Under the pieces are notes generated by a model that did no database searches, was not told where the DNA came from, and was given only the letters and a program-made list of their open reading frames with translations. From positions 33,356,001 through 33,420,000 of the forward strand of contig OZ024747.1 of assembly GCA_964016885.1 (NCBI GenBank): a stretch of 64,000 bases of DNA, read 5' to 3'. Each line of letters begins with the position of its first letter. Within the stretch, counting starts at the first letter, position 1. This document shows, one piece after another, positions 30,001 through 47,230 of the stretch. The DNA comes from Eledone cirrhosa. Its lineage: Eukaryota. The translations under genes and the position numbers were made by a program.

Positions 30001-32899
30001 ACAATACATGTAACAACCATAACAGAAATAACACTAACAACGTTAACAACAATACATGTAACAGCAATAACAGAAATAACTCTAACAACGTTAACAACAA
30101 TACATGTAACAACCATAACAGAAATAACACTAACAACGTTAACAACAACCATAACAGAAATAACACTCACAACGGTAACAACAATACATGTAACAACCAT
30201 AACAGAAATAACACTAGTAACGTTAACAACAATACATGTAACAACCATAACAAAAATAACACTAGTAACGTTAACAACAATACATGTAACAACCATAACA
30301 AAAATAACACTAACTACGTTAACAACAATACATGTAACAACCATAACAGAAATAACACTAACAACGTTAACAACAATACATGTAACAGCAATAACAGAAA
30401 TAACACTAGCAACGTTAACAACAATACATGTAACAACCATAACAGAAATAAAACTAGTAACATTAGCAACAATACCTGTAACAACCTTAATAGAAATAAC
30501 ACTAGCAACGTTAACAACAATACATGTAACAGCCATAACAGAAATAACACTAGCAACGTTAACAACAATACATGTAACAACCATAACAGAAATAACACTA
30601 GTAACGTTAACAACAATACATGTAACAACGATAACAGAAATAACACTAGTAACGTTAGCAACAATACATGTCACAACCATAACAGCAATAACACTAACAA
30701 CGTTAACAACAACTATAACAGAAATAACACTCACAACGGTAACAACAATACATGTAACAACCATAACAGAAATAACGGTAGCAACGTTAACAACAATACA
30801 TGTAACAACCATAACAGAAATAACACTAGTAACGTTAAAAACAATACATGTAAGAACCATAACAGAAATAACACTAACAACGTTAACAATAATACATGTA
30901 ACAGCCATAACAGAAATAACTCTAACAACGTTAACAACAATACATGTAACAACCATAACCGAAATAACACTAACAACGTTAACAACAACCATAACAGAAA
31001 TAACACTCACAACGGTAACAACAATACATGTAACAACCATAACAGAAATAACACTAGTAACGTTAACAACAATACATGTAACAACCATAACAGAAATAAC
31101 ACTAACAACGTTAACAACAATACATGTAACAACAATAACAGAAATAACACTAGTAACGTTAACAACAATACATGTAACAACCATAACAGAAATAACACTA
31201 ACTACGTTAACAACAATACATGTAACGACCATAACAGAAATAACACTAACAACGTTAACAACAACCATAACAGAAATAACACTCACAACGGTAACAACAA
31301 TACATGTAACAACCATAACAGAAATAACACTAACTACGTTAACAACAATACATGTAACGACCATAACAGAAATAACACTAACAACGTTAACAACAATATA
31401 TGTAACAACCATAACAGAAATAACACTAACAACGTTAACAACAATACATGTAACAACCATAACAGAATAACACTAGCAACGTTAACAACAATACAAGTAA
31501 CAACCATAACAGAAATAACACTAGCAACGTTAACAACAATACATGTAACAACCATAACAGAAATAACACTAGTAACATTAGCAACAATACATGTAACAAC
31601 CTTAATAAAAATAACACTAGCAACGTTAACAACAATACATGTAACAACCATAACAGAAATAACACTAGCAACGTTAACAACAATACATGTAACAACCATA
31701 ACAGAAATAACATGGGCAACGTTAACAACAATACATGTAACAACCATAACAGAAATAACACTAGTAACGTTAACAACAATACATGTAACAACGATAACAG
31801 AATTAACACTAGTAACGTTAGCATCAGTACATGTCACAACCATAACAGAAATAACACTAACAACGTTAACAACAATACATGTAACAACCATAACAGAAAT
31901 AATACTAACACCGTTAACAACAACTATAACAGAACTAACACTCACAACGGTAACACCAACACGTGTAACAACCATAACAGAAATAACACTAGTAATGTTA
32001 ACAACAATACATGTAACAAATACAACAGAAATAACACTAACAACGTTAACAACAATACATGTAACAACAATAACAGAAATAACACTAGTAACGTTAACAA
32101 CAATAAATGTAACAACCATAACAGAAATAACACTAACGACGTTAACAACAATACATATAACAACCATAACAGAAATAACACTAACAACGTTAACAACAAC
32201 TTTAACAGAAATAACACTTACAACGTTAACAACAATACATGTAACAAACATAACAGAAATAACACTCACAACGTTAAGAACAATACATGTAACAACCATA
32301 ACAGAAATAACACTAGCAACGTTAACAACAATACATGTAACAACCATAACATAAATAACACTAACAACGTTAACAACAATGCATGTAATAACCATAACAG
32401 AGATAACACTAGTGACGTTAACAACAATATATGTAACAACTATAAGAGAAATAACATAACAACGTTAACAACAACACATGTAACAACCATAACAGAAATA
32501 ACACTAACAACGTTAACAACAATACATGTAACAGCCATAACAGAAATAACACTAACAACGTTAACAACAATACATGTAACAACCATAACAGAAATAACAC
32601 TAGTAACGTTAACAACAACACATGTAACAACAATAACAGAAATAACACTAGTAACGTTAACAACAATACATGTAACAACCATAACAGAAATAACACTAAC
32701 GACGTTAACAACAATACATATAACAACCATAACAGAAATAACACTAACAACGTTAACAACAACCATAACAGAAATAACACTAACAACGTTAACAACAATA
32801 CATGTAACAAACATAACAGAAATAACACTCACAACGTTAAGAACAATACATGTAACAACCATAACAGAAATAACACTAGCAACGTTAACAACAATACAT

Positions 32900-35800
32900 G
32901 TAACAACCATAACATAAATAACACTAACAACGTTAACAACAATACATGTAATAACCATAACAGAGATAACACTAGTGACGTTAACAACAATATATGTAAC
33001 AACTATAAGAGAAATAACACTAACAACGTTAACAACAATACATGTAACAACCATAACAGAAATAACACTAGTAACGTTAAAAACAATACATTTAACAACC
33101 ATAACAGAAATAACACTAGCAACGTTAACAACAATACATGTAACAACCATAACAGAAATAACGCTAGCAACGTTAACAACAATACATGTAACAACCATAA
33201 CAGAAATAACACTAGCAACGTTAACTACAATACATGTAACAACTATAACAGAAATAACACTAGTAACGTTAGCAACGAAACATGTCACAACCATAACAGA
33301 AATAACACGAGTAACGTTAACAACAATACATGTAACAACCATAACAGAAATAACATTAGCAACGTTAACAACAATACATGTAACAACCATAACATAAATA
33401 ACACTAACAACGTTAACAACAATACATGTAACAACCATAACAGAAATATCACTAACAACGTTAACAACAATACATGTAACAACTATAACAGAAATAACAC
33501 TAACAACGATAACAACAATACATGTAACAACCATAACAGAAATAACACTAACAACGTTAACAACAATACATGCAACAACCATAACAGAAATAACACTAAC
33601 AACGTTAACAACAATACATGCAACAGCCATAACAGAAATAACACTAACAACGTTAACAACAATACATGCAACAGCCATAACAGAAATAACACTAACAAGG
33701 TTAACAACAATACATGTAACAACTTTAACAGAAATAACACTAACAACGTTAACAACAACCAAAACAGAAATAACACTCACAACGGTAACAACAATACATG
33801 TAACAACCATAACAAAAATATCACTAACAACGTTAACAACAATACATGTAACAGCCATAACAGAAATAACACTAACAACGTTAACAACAATACATGTAAC
33901 AACTTTAACAGAAAAAACACTAACAACGTTAACAACAACCATAACAGAAATAACACTCACAACGGTAACAACAATACAAGTAACAACCATAACAGAAATA
34001 ACACTAGTAACGTTAACAACAATACATGTAACAACCATAACAGAAATAACACTAACAACGTTAACAACAATACATGTAACAACAATAACAGAAATAACAC
34101 TAGTAACGTTAACAACAATACATGTAACAACCATAACAGAAATAACACTAACGACGTTAACAACAATACATGTCACAACCATAACAGAAATAACACTAGT
34201 AACGTTAGCAACACTACATGTCACAACCATAACAGCAATAACACTAACAACGTTAACAACAACTATAACAGAAATAACACTAGCAACGTTAACAATAATA
34301 CATGTAACAACCATAACATAAATAACACTAACAACGTTAACAACAATACATGTAACAACCATAACAGAGATAACACTAGTGACGTTAACAACAATATATG
34401 TAACAACTATAAGAGAAATAACACTAACAACGTTAACAACAATACATGTAACAACCATAACAGAAATAACACTAGTAACGTTAAAAACAATACATTTAAC
34501 AACCATAACAGAAATAACACTAGCAACGTTAACAACAATACATGTAACAACCATAACAGAAATAACGCTAGCAACGTTAACAACAATACATGTAACAACC
34601 ATAACAGAAATAACACTAGCAACGTTAACTACAATACATGTAACAACTATAACAGAAATAACACTAGTAACGTTAGCAACAATACATGTAACAACCATAA
34701 CAGAAATAACACTAACAACGTTAACAACAATACATGTAACAACCATAACAGAAATATCACTAACAACGTTAACAACAATACATGTAAGAACTATAACAGA
34801 AATAACATTAACAACATTAACAACAATACATGTAACAACCATAACAGAAATAACACTAACAACGTTAACAACAATACATGTAACAACCATAACATAAATA
34901 ACACTAACAACGTTAACAACAATACATGCAACAGGCATAAGAGAAATAACACTAACAACGTTAACAACAACCAAAACAGAAATAACACTCACAACGGTAA
35001 GAACAATACATGTAACAACCATAACAGAAATATCACTAACAACGTTAACAACAATACATGTAACAGCCATAACAGAAATAACACTAACAACGTTAACAAC
35101 AATACATGTAACAACTTTAACAGAAATAACACTAACAACGTTAACAACAACCATAACAGAAATAACACTCACAACGGTAACAGCAATACATGTAACAACC
35201 ATAACAGAAATAACACTAGTAACGTTAACAACAATACATGTAACAACCATAACAGAAATAACACTAACAACGTTAAAACAATACATGTAACAACCATAAC
35301 AGAAATAACACTAGCAACGTTAACAACAATACATGTAACAATCATAACAGAAATAAAACTAACAACGTTAACAACAATACATGTAACAACCATAACAGAA
35401 ATATCACTAACAACGTTAACAACAATACATGTAACAACTATAACAGAAATAACACTAACAACGATAACAAAAATACATGTAACAACCATAACAGAAATAA
35501 CACTAACAACGTTAACAACAATACATGCAACAACCATAACAGAAATAACATTAACTACGTTAACAACAATACATGTAACAACCATAACAGAAATAACACT
35601 AACAACGTTAACAACAATACATGTAACAACCATAACAGAAATAACACTAACAACGTTAACAACAATACATGCAACAGCCATAACAGAAATAACACTAACA
35701 AGGTTGAGAACAATACAATGTAACAACTTTAACAGAAATAACACTAACAACGTTAACAACAACCAAAACAGAAATAACACTCACAACGGTAACAACAATA

Positions 35801-38800
35801 CATGTAACAACCATAACAGAAATATCACTAACAACGTTAACAACAATACATGTAACAGCCATTACAGAAATAACACTAACAACGTTAACAACAATACATG
35901 TAACAACTTTAACAGAAAAAACACTAACAACGTTAACAACAACCATAACAGAAATAACACTCACAACGGTAACAACAATACATGTAACAACCATAACAGA
36001 AATAACACTAGTAACGTTAACAACAATACATGTAACAACCATAACAGAAATAACACTAACAACGTTAACAACAATACATGTAACAACAATAACAGAAATA
36101 ACACTAGTAACGTTAACAACAATACATGTAACAACCATAACAGAAATAACACTAACGACGTTAACAACAATACATGTCACAACCATAACAGAAATAACAC
36201 TAGTAACGTTAGCAACACTACATGTCACAACCATAACAGCAATAACACTAACAACGTTAACAACAACTATAACAGAAATAACACTAGCAACGTTAACAAT
36301 AATACATGTAACAACCATAACATAAATAACACTAACAACGTTAACAACAATACATGTAACAACCATAACAGAGATAACACTAGTGACGTTAACAACAATA
36401 TATGTAACAACTATAAGAGAAATAACACTAACAACGTTAACAACAATACATGTAACAACCATAACAGAAATAACACTAGTAACGTTAAAAGCAATACATT
36501 TAACAACCATAACAGAAATAACACTAGCAACGTTAACAACAATACATGTAACAACCAAAACAGAAATAACGTTAGCAACGTTAACAACAATACATGTAAC
36601 AACCATAACAGAAATAACACTAGCAACGTTAACTACAATACATGTAACAACTATAACAGAAATAACACTAGTAACGTTAGCAACGATACATGTCACAACC
36701 ATAACAGAAATAACACGAGTAACGTTAACAACAATACATGTAACAACCATAACAGAAATAACATTAGCAACGTTAACAACAATACATGTAACAACCATAA
36801 CAGAAATAACACTAACAACGTTAACAACAATACATGTAACAACCATAACAGAAATAACACTAACAACGTTAACAACAATACATACAACAACCATAACAGA
36901 AATAACATTAACTACGTTAACAACAATACATGTAACAACCATAACAGAAATAACACTAACAACATTAACAACAATACATGTAACAACCATAACAGAAATA
37001 ACATTAACAACATTAACAACAATACATGTAACAACCATAACAGAAATAACACTAACAACGTTAACAACAATACATGTAACAACCATAACATAAATAACAC
37101 TAACAACGTTAACAACAATACATGCAACAGGCATAAGAGAAATAACACTAACAACGTTAACAACAATACATGTAACAACTTTAACAGAAATAACACTAAC
37201 AACGTTAACAACAACCAAAACAGAAATAACACTCACAACGGTAACAACAATACATGTAACAACCATAACAGAAATATCACTAACAACGTTAACAACAATA
37301 CATGTAACAGCCATAACAGAAATAACACTAACAACGTTAACAACAATACATGTAACAACTTTAACAGAAATAACACTAACAACGTTAACAACAACCATAA
37401 CAGAAATAACACTCACAACGGTAACAACAATACATGTAACAACCATAACAGAAATAACACTAGTAACGTTAACAACAATACATGTAACAACCATAACAGA
37501 AATAACACTAACAACGTTAAAACAATACATGTAACAACCATAACAGAAATAACACTAGCAACGTTAACAACAATACATGTAACAACCATAACAGAAATAA
37601 CACTAACAACGTTAACAACAATACATGTAACAACCATAACAGAAATATCACTAACAACGTTAACAACAATACATGTAACAACTATAACAGAAATAACACT
37701 AACAACGATAACAACAATACATGTAACAACCATAACAGAAATAACACTAACAACGTTAACAACAATACATGCAACAACCATAACAGAAATAACATTAACT
37801 ACGTTAACAACAATACATGTAACAACCATAACAGAAATAACACTAACAACGTTAACAACAATACATGTAACAACCATAACAGAAATAACACTAACAACGT
37901 TAACAACAATACATGTAACAACTTTAACAGAAATAACACTAACAACGTTAACAACAACCAAAACAGAAATAACACTCACAACGGTAACAACAATACATGT
38001 AACAACCATAACAGAAATATCACTAACAACGTTAACAACAATACATGTAACAGCCATAACAGAAATAACACTAACAACGTTAACAACAATACATGTAACA
38101 ACTTTAACAGAAATAACACTAACAACGTTAACAACAAGCATAACAGAAATAACACTCACAACGGTAACAACAATACATGTAACAACCATAACAGAAATAT
38201 CACTAACAACGTTAACAACAATACATGTAACAGCCATTACATAAATAACACTAACAACGTTAACAACAATACATGTAACAACTTTAACAGAAAAAACACT
38301 AACAACGTTAACAACAACCATAACAGAAATAACACTCACCACGGTAACAACAATACATGTAACAACCATAACAGAAATAACACTAGTAACGTTAACAACA
38401 ACACATGTAACAACCATAACAGAAATAACACTAACGACGTTAACAACAATACATGTAACAACAATAACAGAAATAACACTAGTAACGTTAACAACAATAC
38501 ATGTAACAACCATAACAGAAATAACACTAACGACGTTAACAACAATACATGTCACAACCATAACAGAAATAACACTAGTAACGTTAGCAACACTACATGT
38601 CACAACCATAACAGCAATAACACTAACAACGTTAACAACAACTATAACAGAAATAACACTAGCAACGTTAACAATAATACATGTAACAACCATAACATAA
38701 ATAACACTAACAACGTTAACAACAATACATGTAACAACCATAACAGAGATAACACTAGTGACGTTAACAACAATATATGTAACAACTATAAGAGAAATAA

Positions 38801-41800
38801 CACTAACAACGTTAACAACAATACATGTAACAACCATAACAGAAATAACACTAGTAACGTTAAAAACAATACATTTAACAACCATAACAGAAATAACACT
38901 AGCAACGTTAACAACAATACATGTAACAACCATAACAGAAATAACGCTAGCAACGTTAACAACAATACATGTAACAACCATAACAGAAATAACACTAGCA
39001 ACGTTAACTACAATACATGTAACAACTATAACAGAAATAACACTAGTAACGTTAGCAACGATACATGTCACAACCATAACAGAAATAACACGAGTAACGT
39101 TAACAACAATACATGTAACAACCATAACAGAAATAACATTAGCAACGTTAACAACAATACATGTAACAACCATAACAGAAATAACACTAACAACGTTAAC
39201 AACAATACATGTAACAACCATAACAGAAATATCACTAACAACGTTAACAACAATACATGTAACAACTATAACAGAAATAACACTAACAACGATAACAACA
39301 ATACATGTAACAACCATAACAGAAATAACACTAACAACGTTGACAACAATACATACAACAACCATAACAGAAATAACATTAACTACGTTAACAACAATAC
39401 ATGTAACAACCATAACAGAAATAACACTAACAACATTAACAACAATACATGTAACAACCATAACAGAAATAACATTAACAACATTAACAACAATACATGT
39501 AACAACCATAACAGAAATAACACTAACAACGTTAACAACAATACATGTAACAACCATAACATAAATAACACTAACAACGTTAACAACAATACATGCAACA
39601 GGCATAAGAGAAATAACACTAACAACGTTAACAACAATACATGTAACAACTTTAACAGAAATAACACTAACAACGTTAACAACAACCAAAACAGAAATAA
39701 CACTCACAACGGTAACAACAATACATGTAACAACCATAACAGAAATATCACTAACAACGTTAACAACAATACATGTAACATCCATAACAGAAATAACACT
39801 AACAACGTTAACAACAATACATGTAACAACTTTAACAGAAATAACACTAACAACGTTAACAACAACCATAACAGAAATAACACTCACAACGGTAACAACA
39901 ATACATGTAACAACCATAACAGAAATAACACTAGTAACGTTAACAACAATACATGTAACAACCATAACAGAAATAACACTAACAACGTTAAAACAATACA
40001 TGTAACAACCATAACAGAAATAACACTAGCAACGTTAACAACAATACATGTAACAACCATAACAGAAATAACACTAACAACGTTAACAACAATACATGTA
40101 ACAACCATAACAGAAATATCACTAACAACGTTAACAACAATACATGTAACAACTATAACAGAAATAACACTAACAACGATAACAACAATACATGTAACAA
40201 CCATAACAGAAATAACACTAACAACGTTAACAACAATACATGCAACAACCATAACAGAAACAACATTAACTACGTTAACAACAATACATGTAACAACCAT
40301 AACAGAAATAACACTAACAACGTTAACAACAATACATGTAACAACCATAACAGAAATAACACTAACAACGTTAACAACAATACATGCAACAGCCATAACA
40401 GAAATAACACTAACAAGGTTAACAACAATACATGTAACAACTTTAACAGAAATAACACTAACAACGTTAACAACAACCAAAACAGAAATAACACTCACAA
40501 CGGTAACAACAATACATGTAACAACCTTAACAGAAATATCACTAACAACGTTAACAACAATACATGTAACAGCCATAACAGAAATAACACTAACAACGTT
40601 AACAACAATACATGTAACAACTTTAACAGAAATAACACTAACAACGTTAACAACAAGCATAACAGAAATAACACTCACAACGGTAACAACAATACATGTA
40701 ACAACCATAACAGAAATATCACTAACAACGTTAACAACAATACATGTAACAGCCATTACAGAAATAATACTAACAACGTTAACAACAATACATGTAACAA
40801 CTTTAACAGAAAAAACACTAACAACGTTAACAACAACCATAACAGAAATAACACTCACAACGGTAACAACAATACATGTAACAACCATAACAGAAATAAC
40901 ACTAGTAACTTTAACAACAATACATGTAACAACCATAACAGAAATAACACTAACAACGTTAACAACAATACATGTAACAACAATAACAGAAATAACACTA
41001 GTAACGTTAACAACAATACATGTAACAACCATAACAGAAATAACACTAACGACGTTAACAACAATACATGTCACAACCATAACAGAAATAACACTAGTAA
41101 CGTTAGCAACACTACATGTCACAACCATAACAGCAATAGCACTAACAACGTTAACAACAACTATAACAGAAATAACACTAGCAACGTTAACAATAATACA
41201 TGTAACAACCATAACATAAATAACACTAACAACGTTAACAACAATACATGTAACAACCATAACAGAGATAACACTAGTGACGTTAACAACAATATATGTA
41301 ACAACTATAAGAGAAATAACACTAACAACGTTAACAACAATACATGTAACAACCATAACAGAAATAACACTAGTAACGTTAAAAACAATACATTTAACAA
41401 CCATAACAGAAATAACACTAGCAACGTTAACAACAATACATGTAACAACCATAACAGAAATAACGCTAGCAACGTTAACAACAATACATGTAACAACCAT
41501 AACAGAAATAACACTAGCAACGTTAACTACAATACATGTAACAACTATAACAGAAATAACACTAGTAACGTTAGCAACGATACATGTCACAACCATAACA
41601 GAAATAACACGAGTAACGTTAACAACAATACATGTAACAACCATAACAGAAATAACATTAGCAACGTTAACAACAATACATGTAACAACCATAACAGAAA
41701 TAACACTAACAACGTTAACAACAATACATGTAACAACCATAACAGAAATATCACTAACAACGTTAACAACAATACATGTAACAACTATAACAGAAATAAC

Positions 41801-44800
41801 ACTAACAACGATAACAACAATACATGTAACAACCATAACAGAAATAACACTAACAACGTTAACAACAATACATACAACAACCATAACAGAAATAACATTA
41901 ACTACGTTAACAACAATACATGTAACAACCATAACAGAAATAACACTAACAACATTAACAACAATACATGTAACAACCATAACAGAAATAACATTAACAA
42001 CATTAACAACAATACATATAACAACCATAACAGAAATAACACTAACAACGTTAACAACAATACATGTAACAACCATAACATAAATAACACTAACAACGTT
42101 AACAACAATACATGCAACAGGCATAAGAGAAATAACACTAACAACGTTAACAACAATACATGTAACAACTTTAACAGAAATAACACTAACAACGTTAACA
42201 ACAACCAAAACAGAAATAACACTCACAACGGTAACAACAATACATGTAACAACCATAACAGAAATATCACTAACAACGTTAACAACAATACATGTAACAG
42301 CCATAACAGAAATAACACTAACAACGTTAACAACAATACATGTAACAACTTTAACTCTAATAACACTAACAACGTTAACAACAACCATAACAGAAATAAC
42401 ACTCACAACGGTAACAACAATACATGTAACAACCATAACAGAAATAACACTAGTAACGTTAACAACAATACATGTAACAACCATAACAGAAATAACACTA
42501 ACAACGTTAAAACAATACATGTAACAACCATAACAGAAATAACACTAGCAACGTTAACAACAATACATGTAACAACCATAACAGAAATAACACTCACAAC
42601 GGTAACAACAATACATGTAACAACCATAACAGAAATAACACTAGTAACGTTAACAACAATACATGTAACAACCATAACAAAAATAACACTAACTACGTTA
42701 ACAACAATACATGTAACGACCATAACAGAAATAACACTAACAACGTTAACAACAATACATGTAACAACCATAACAGAAATAACACTAGCAACGTTAACAA
42801 CAATACATGAAACAACCATAACAGAAATAACACTAGTAACATTAGCAACAATACATGTAACAACCTTAATAGAAATAACACTAGCAACGTTAACAACAAT
42901 ACATGTAACAGCCATAACAGAAATAACACTAACAACGTTAACAACAATACATGTAACAACCATAACAGAAATAACACTAGTAACGTTAACAACAACACAT
43001 GTAACAACAATAACAGAAATAACACTAGTAACGTTAACAACAATACATGTAACAACCATAACAGAAATAACACTAACGACGTTAACAACAATACATATAA
43101 CAACCATAACAGAAATAACACTAACAACGTTAACAACAACCATAACAGAAATAACACTAACAACGTTAACAACAACCATAACAGAAATAACACTAACAAC
43201 GTTAACAACAATACATGTAACAAACATAACAGAAATAACACTCACAACGTTAAGAACAATACATGTAACAACCATAACAGAAATAACACTAGCAACGTTA
43301 ACAACAATACATGTAACAAACATAACATAAATAACACTAACAACGTTAACAACAATACATGTAATAACCATAACAGAGATAACACTAGTGACGTTAACAA
43401 CAATATATGTAACAACTATAAGAGAAATAACATAACAACGTTAACAACAACACATGTAACAACCATAACAGAAATAACACTAACAACGTTAACAACAATA
43501 CATGTAACAGCCATAACAGAAATAACACTAACAACGTTAACAACAATAAATGTAACAACCATAACAGAAATAACACTAGTAACGTTAACAACAACACATG
43601 TAACAACAATAACAGAAATAACACTAGTAACGTTAACAACAATACATGTAACAACCATAACAGAAATAACACTAACGACGTTAACAATAATACATATAAC
43701 AACCATAACAGAAATAACACTAACAACGTTAACAACAACCATAACAGAAATAACACTAACAACGTTAACAACAACCATAACAGAAATAACACTAACAACG
43801 TTAACAACAATACATGTAACAAACATAACAGAGATAACACTTACAACGTTAAGAACAATACATGTAACAACCATAACAGAAATAACACTAGCAACGTTAA
43901 CAACAATACATTTAACAACCATAACATAAATAACACTAACAACGTTAACAACAATACCTGTAATAACCATAACAGAGATAACACTAGTGACGTTAACAAC
44001 AATATATGTAACAACTATAAGAGAAATAACACTAACAACGTTAACAACAATACATGTAACAACCATAACAGAAATAACACTAGTAACGTTAAAAACAATA
44101 CATTTAACAACCATAACAGAAATAACACTAGCAACGTTAACAACAATACATGTAACAACCATAACAGAAATAACGCTAGCAACGTTAACAACAATACATG
44201 TAACAACCATAACAGAAATAACACTAGCAACGTTAACTACAATACATGTAACAACTATAACAGAAATAACACTAGTAACGTTAGCAACGATACATGTCAC
44301 AACCATAACAGAAATAACACGAGTAACGTTAACAACAACAATACATGTAACAACCATAACAGAAATAACATTAGCAACGTTAACAACAATACATGTAACA
44401 ACCATAACATAAATAACACTAACAACGTTAACAACAATACATGTAACAACCATAACAGAAATATCACTAACAACGTTAACAACAATACATGCAACAGGCA
44501 TAAGAGAAATAACACTAACAACGTTAACAACAATACATGTAACAACTTTAACAGAAATAACACTAACAACGTTAACAACAACCAAAACAGAAATAACACT
44601 CACAACGGTAACAACATTACATGTAACAACCATAACAGAAATATCACTAACAACGTTAACAACAATACATGTAACAGCCATAACAGAAATAACACTAACA
44701 ACGTTAACAACAATACATGTAACAACTTTAACAGAAATAACACTAACAACGTTAACAACAACCATAACAGAAATAACACTCACAACGGTAACAACAATAC

Positions 44801-47230
44801 ATGTAACAACCATAACAGAAATAACACTAGTAACGTTAACAACAATACATGTAACAACCATAACAGAAATAACACTAACAACGTTAAAACAATACATGTA
44901 ACAACCATAACAGAAATAACACTAGCAACGTTAACAACAATACATATAACAACCATAACAGAAATAACACTAACAGCGTTAACAACAATACATGTAACAA
45001 CCATAACAGAAATATCACTAACAACGTTAACAACAATACATGTAACAACTATAACAGAAATAACACTAACAACGATAACAACAATACATGTAACAACCAT
45101 AACAGAAATAACACTAACAACGTTAACAACAATACATGCAACAACCATAACAGAAATAACATTAACTACGTTAACAACAATACATGTAACAACCATAACA
45201 GAAATAACACTAACAACGTTAACAACAATACATGTAACAACCATAACAGAAATAACACTAACAACGTTAACAACAATACATGCAACAGCCATAACAGAAA
45301 TAACACTAACAAGGTTAACAACAATACATGTAACAACTTTAACAGAAATAACACTAACAACGTTAACAACAACCAAAACAGAAATAACACTCACAACGGT
45401 AACAACAATACATGTAACAACCATAACAGAAATATCACTAACAACGTTAACAACAATACATGTAACAGCCATAACAGAAATAACACTAACAACGTTAACA
45501 ACAATACATGTAACAACTTTAACAGAAATAACACTAACAACGTTAACAACAAGCATAACAGAAATAACACTCACAACGGTAACAACAATACATGTAACAA
45601 CCATAACAGAAATATCACTAACAACGTTAACAACAATACATGTAACAGCCATAACAGAAATAACACTAACAACGTTAACAACAATACATGTAACAACTTT
45701 AACAGAAAAAACACTAACAACGTTAACAACAACCATAACAGAAATAACACTCACAACGGTAACAACAATACATGTAACAACCATAACAGAAATAACACTA
45801 GTAACGTTAACAACAATACATGTAACAACCATAACAGAAATAACACTAACAACGTTAACAACAATATATGTAACAACAATAACAGAAATAAAACTAGTAA
45901 CGTTAACAACAATACATGTAACAACCATAACAGAAATAACACTAACGACGTTAACAACAATACATGTCACAACCATAACAGAAATAACACTAGTAACGTT
46001 AGCAACACTACATGTCACAACCATAACAGCAATAACACTAACAACGTTAACAACAACTATAACAGAAATAACACTAGCAACGTTAAAAATAATACATGTA
46101 ACAACCATAACATAAATAACACTAACAACGTTAACAACAATACATGTAACAACCATAACAGAGATAACACTAGTGACGTTAACAACAATATATGTAACAA
46201 CTATAAGTGAAATAACACTAACAACGGTAACAACAATACATGTAACAACCATAACAGAAATAACACTAGTAACGTTAAAAACAATACATTTAACAACCAT
46301 AACAGAAATAACACTAGCAACGTTAACAACAATACATGTAACAACCATAACAGAAATAACGCTAGCAACGTTAACAACAATACATGTAACAACCATAACA
46401 GAAATAACACTAACAACGTTAACAACAATACATGTAACAACCATAACAGAAATATCACTAACAACGTTAACAACAATACATGTAACAACTATAACAGAAA
46501 TAACACTAACAACGATAACAACAATACATGTAACAACCATAACAGAAATAACACTAACAACGTTAACAACAATACATACAACAACCATAACAGAAATAAC
46601 ATTAACTACGTTAACAACAATACATGTAACAACCATAACAGAAATAACACTAACAACATTAACAACAATACATGTAACAACCATAACAGAAATAACATTA
46701 ACAACATTAACAACAATACATGTAACAACCATAACAGAAATAACACTAACAACGTTAACAACAATACATGTAACAACCATAACATAAATAACACTAACAA
46801 CGTTAACAACAATACATGCAACAGGCATAAGAGAAATAACACTAACAACGTTAACAACAATACATGTAACAACTTTAACAGAAATAACACTAACAACGTT
46901 AACAACAACCAAAACAGAAATAACACTCACAACGGTAACAACAATACATGTAACAACCATAACAGAAATATCACTAACAACGTTAACAACAATACATGTA
47001 ACAGCCATAACAGAAATAACACTAACAACGTTAACAACAATACATGTAACAACTTTAACAGAAATAACACTAACAACGTTAACAACAACCATAACAGAAA
47101 TAACACTCACAACGGTAACAACAATACATGTAACAACCATAACAGAAATAACACTAGTAACGTTAACAACAATACATGTAACAACCATAACAGAAATAAC
47201 ACTAACAACGTTAAAACAATACATGTAACA
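32900..47230 (+). repeat. Domain of quasi-regular 2.2-2.5 kb HORs with its own diagnostic variants
   Basis: A 1-bp-deleted monomer CGTTAAAACAAT occurs at 35271, 37515, 39986, 42505, 44882 and 47209 (spacings 2244, 2471, 2519, 2377, 2327). The units share GAGATAACACTAGTGACG, AAATATCACT, CATGCAACAGGCATAAGAG and ACGCTAGC. Confidence 0.88.
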
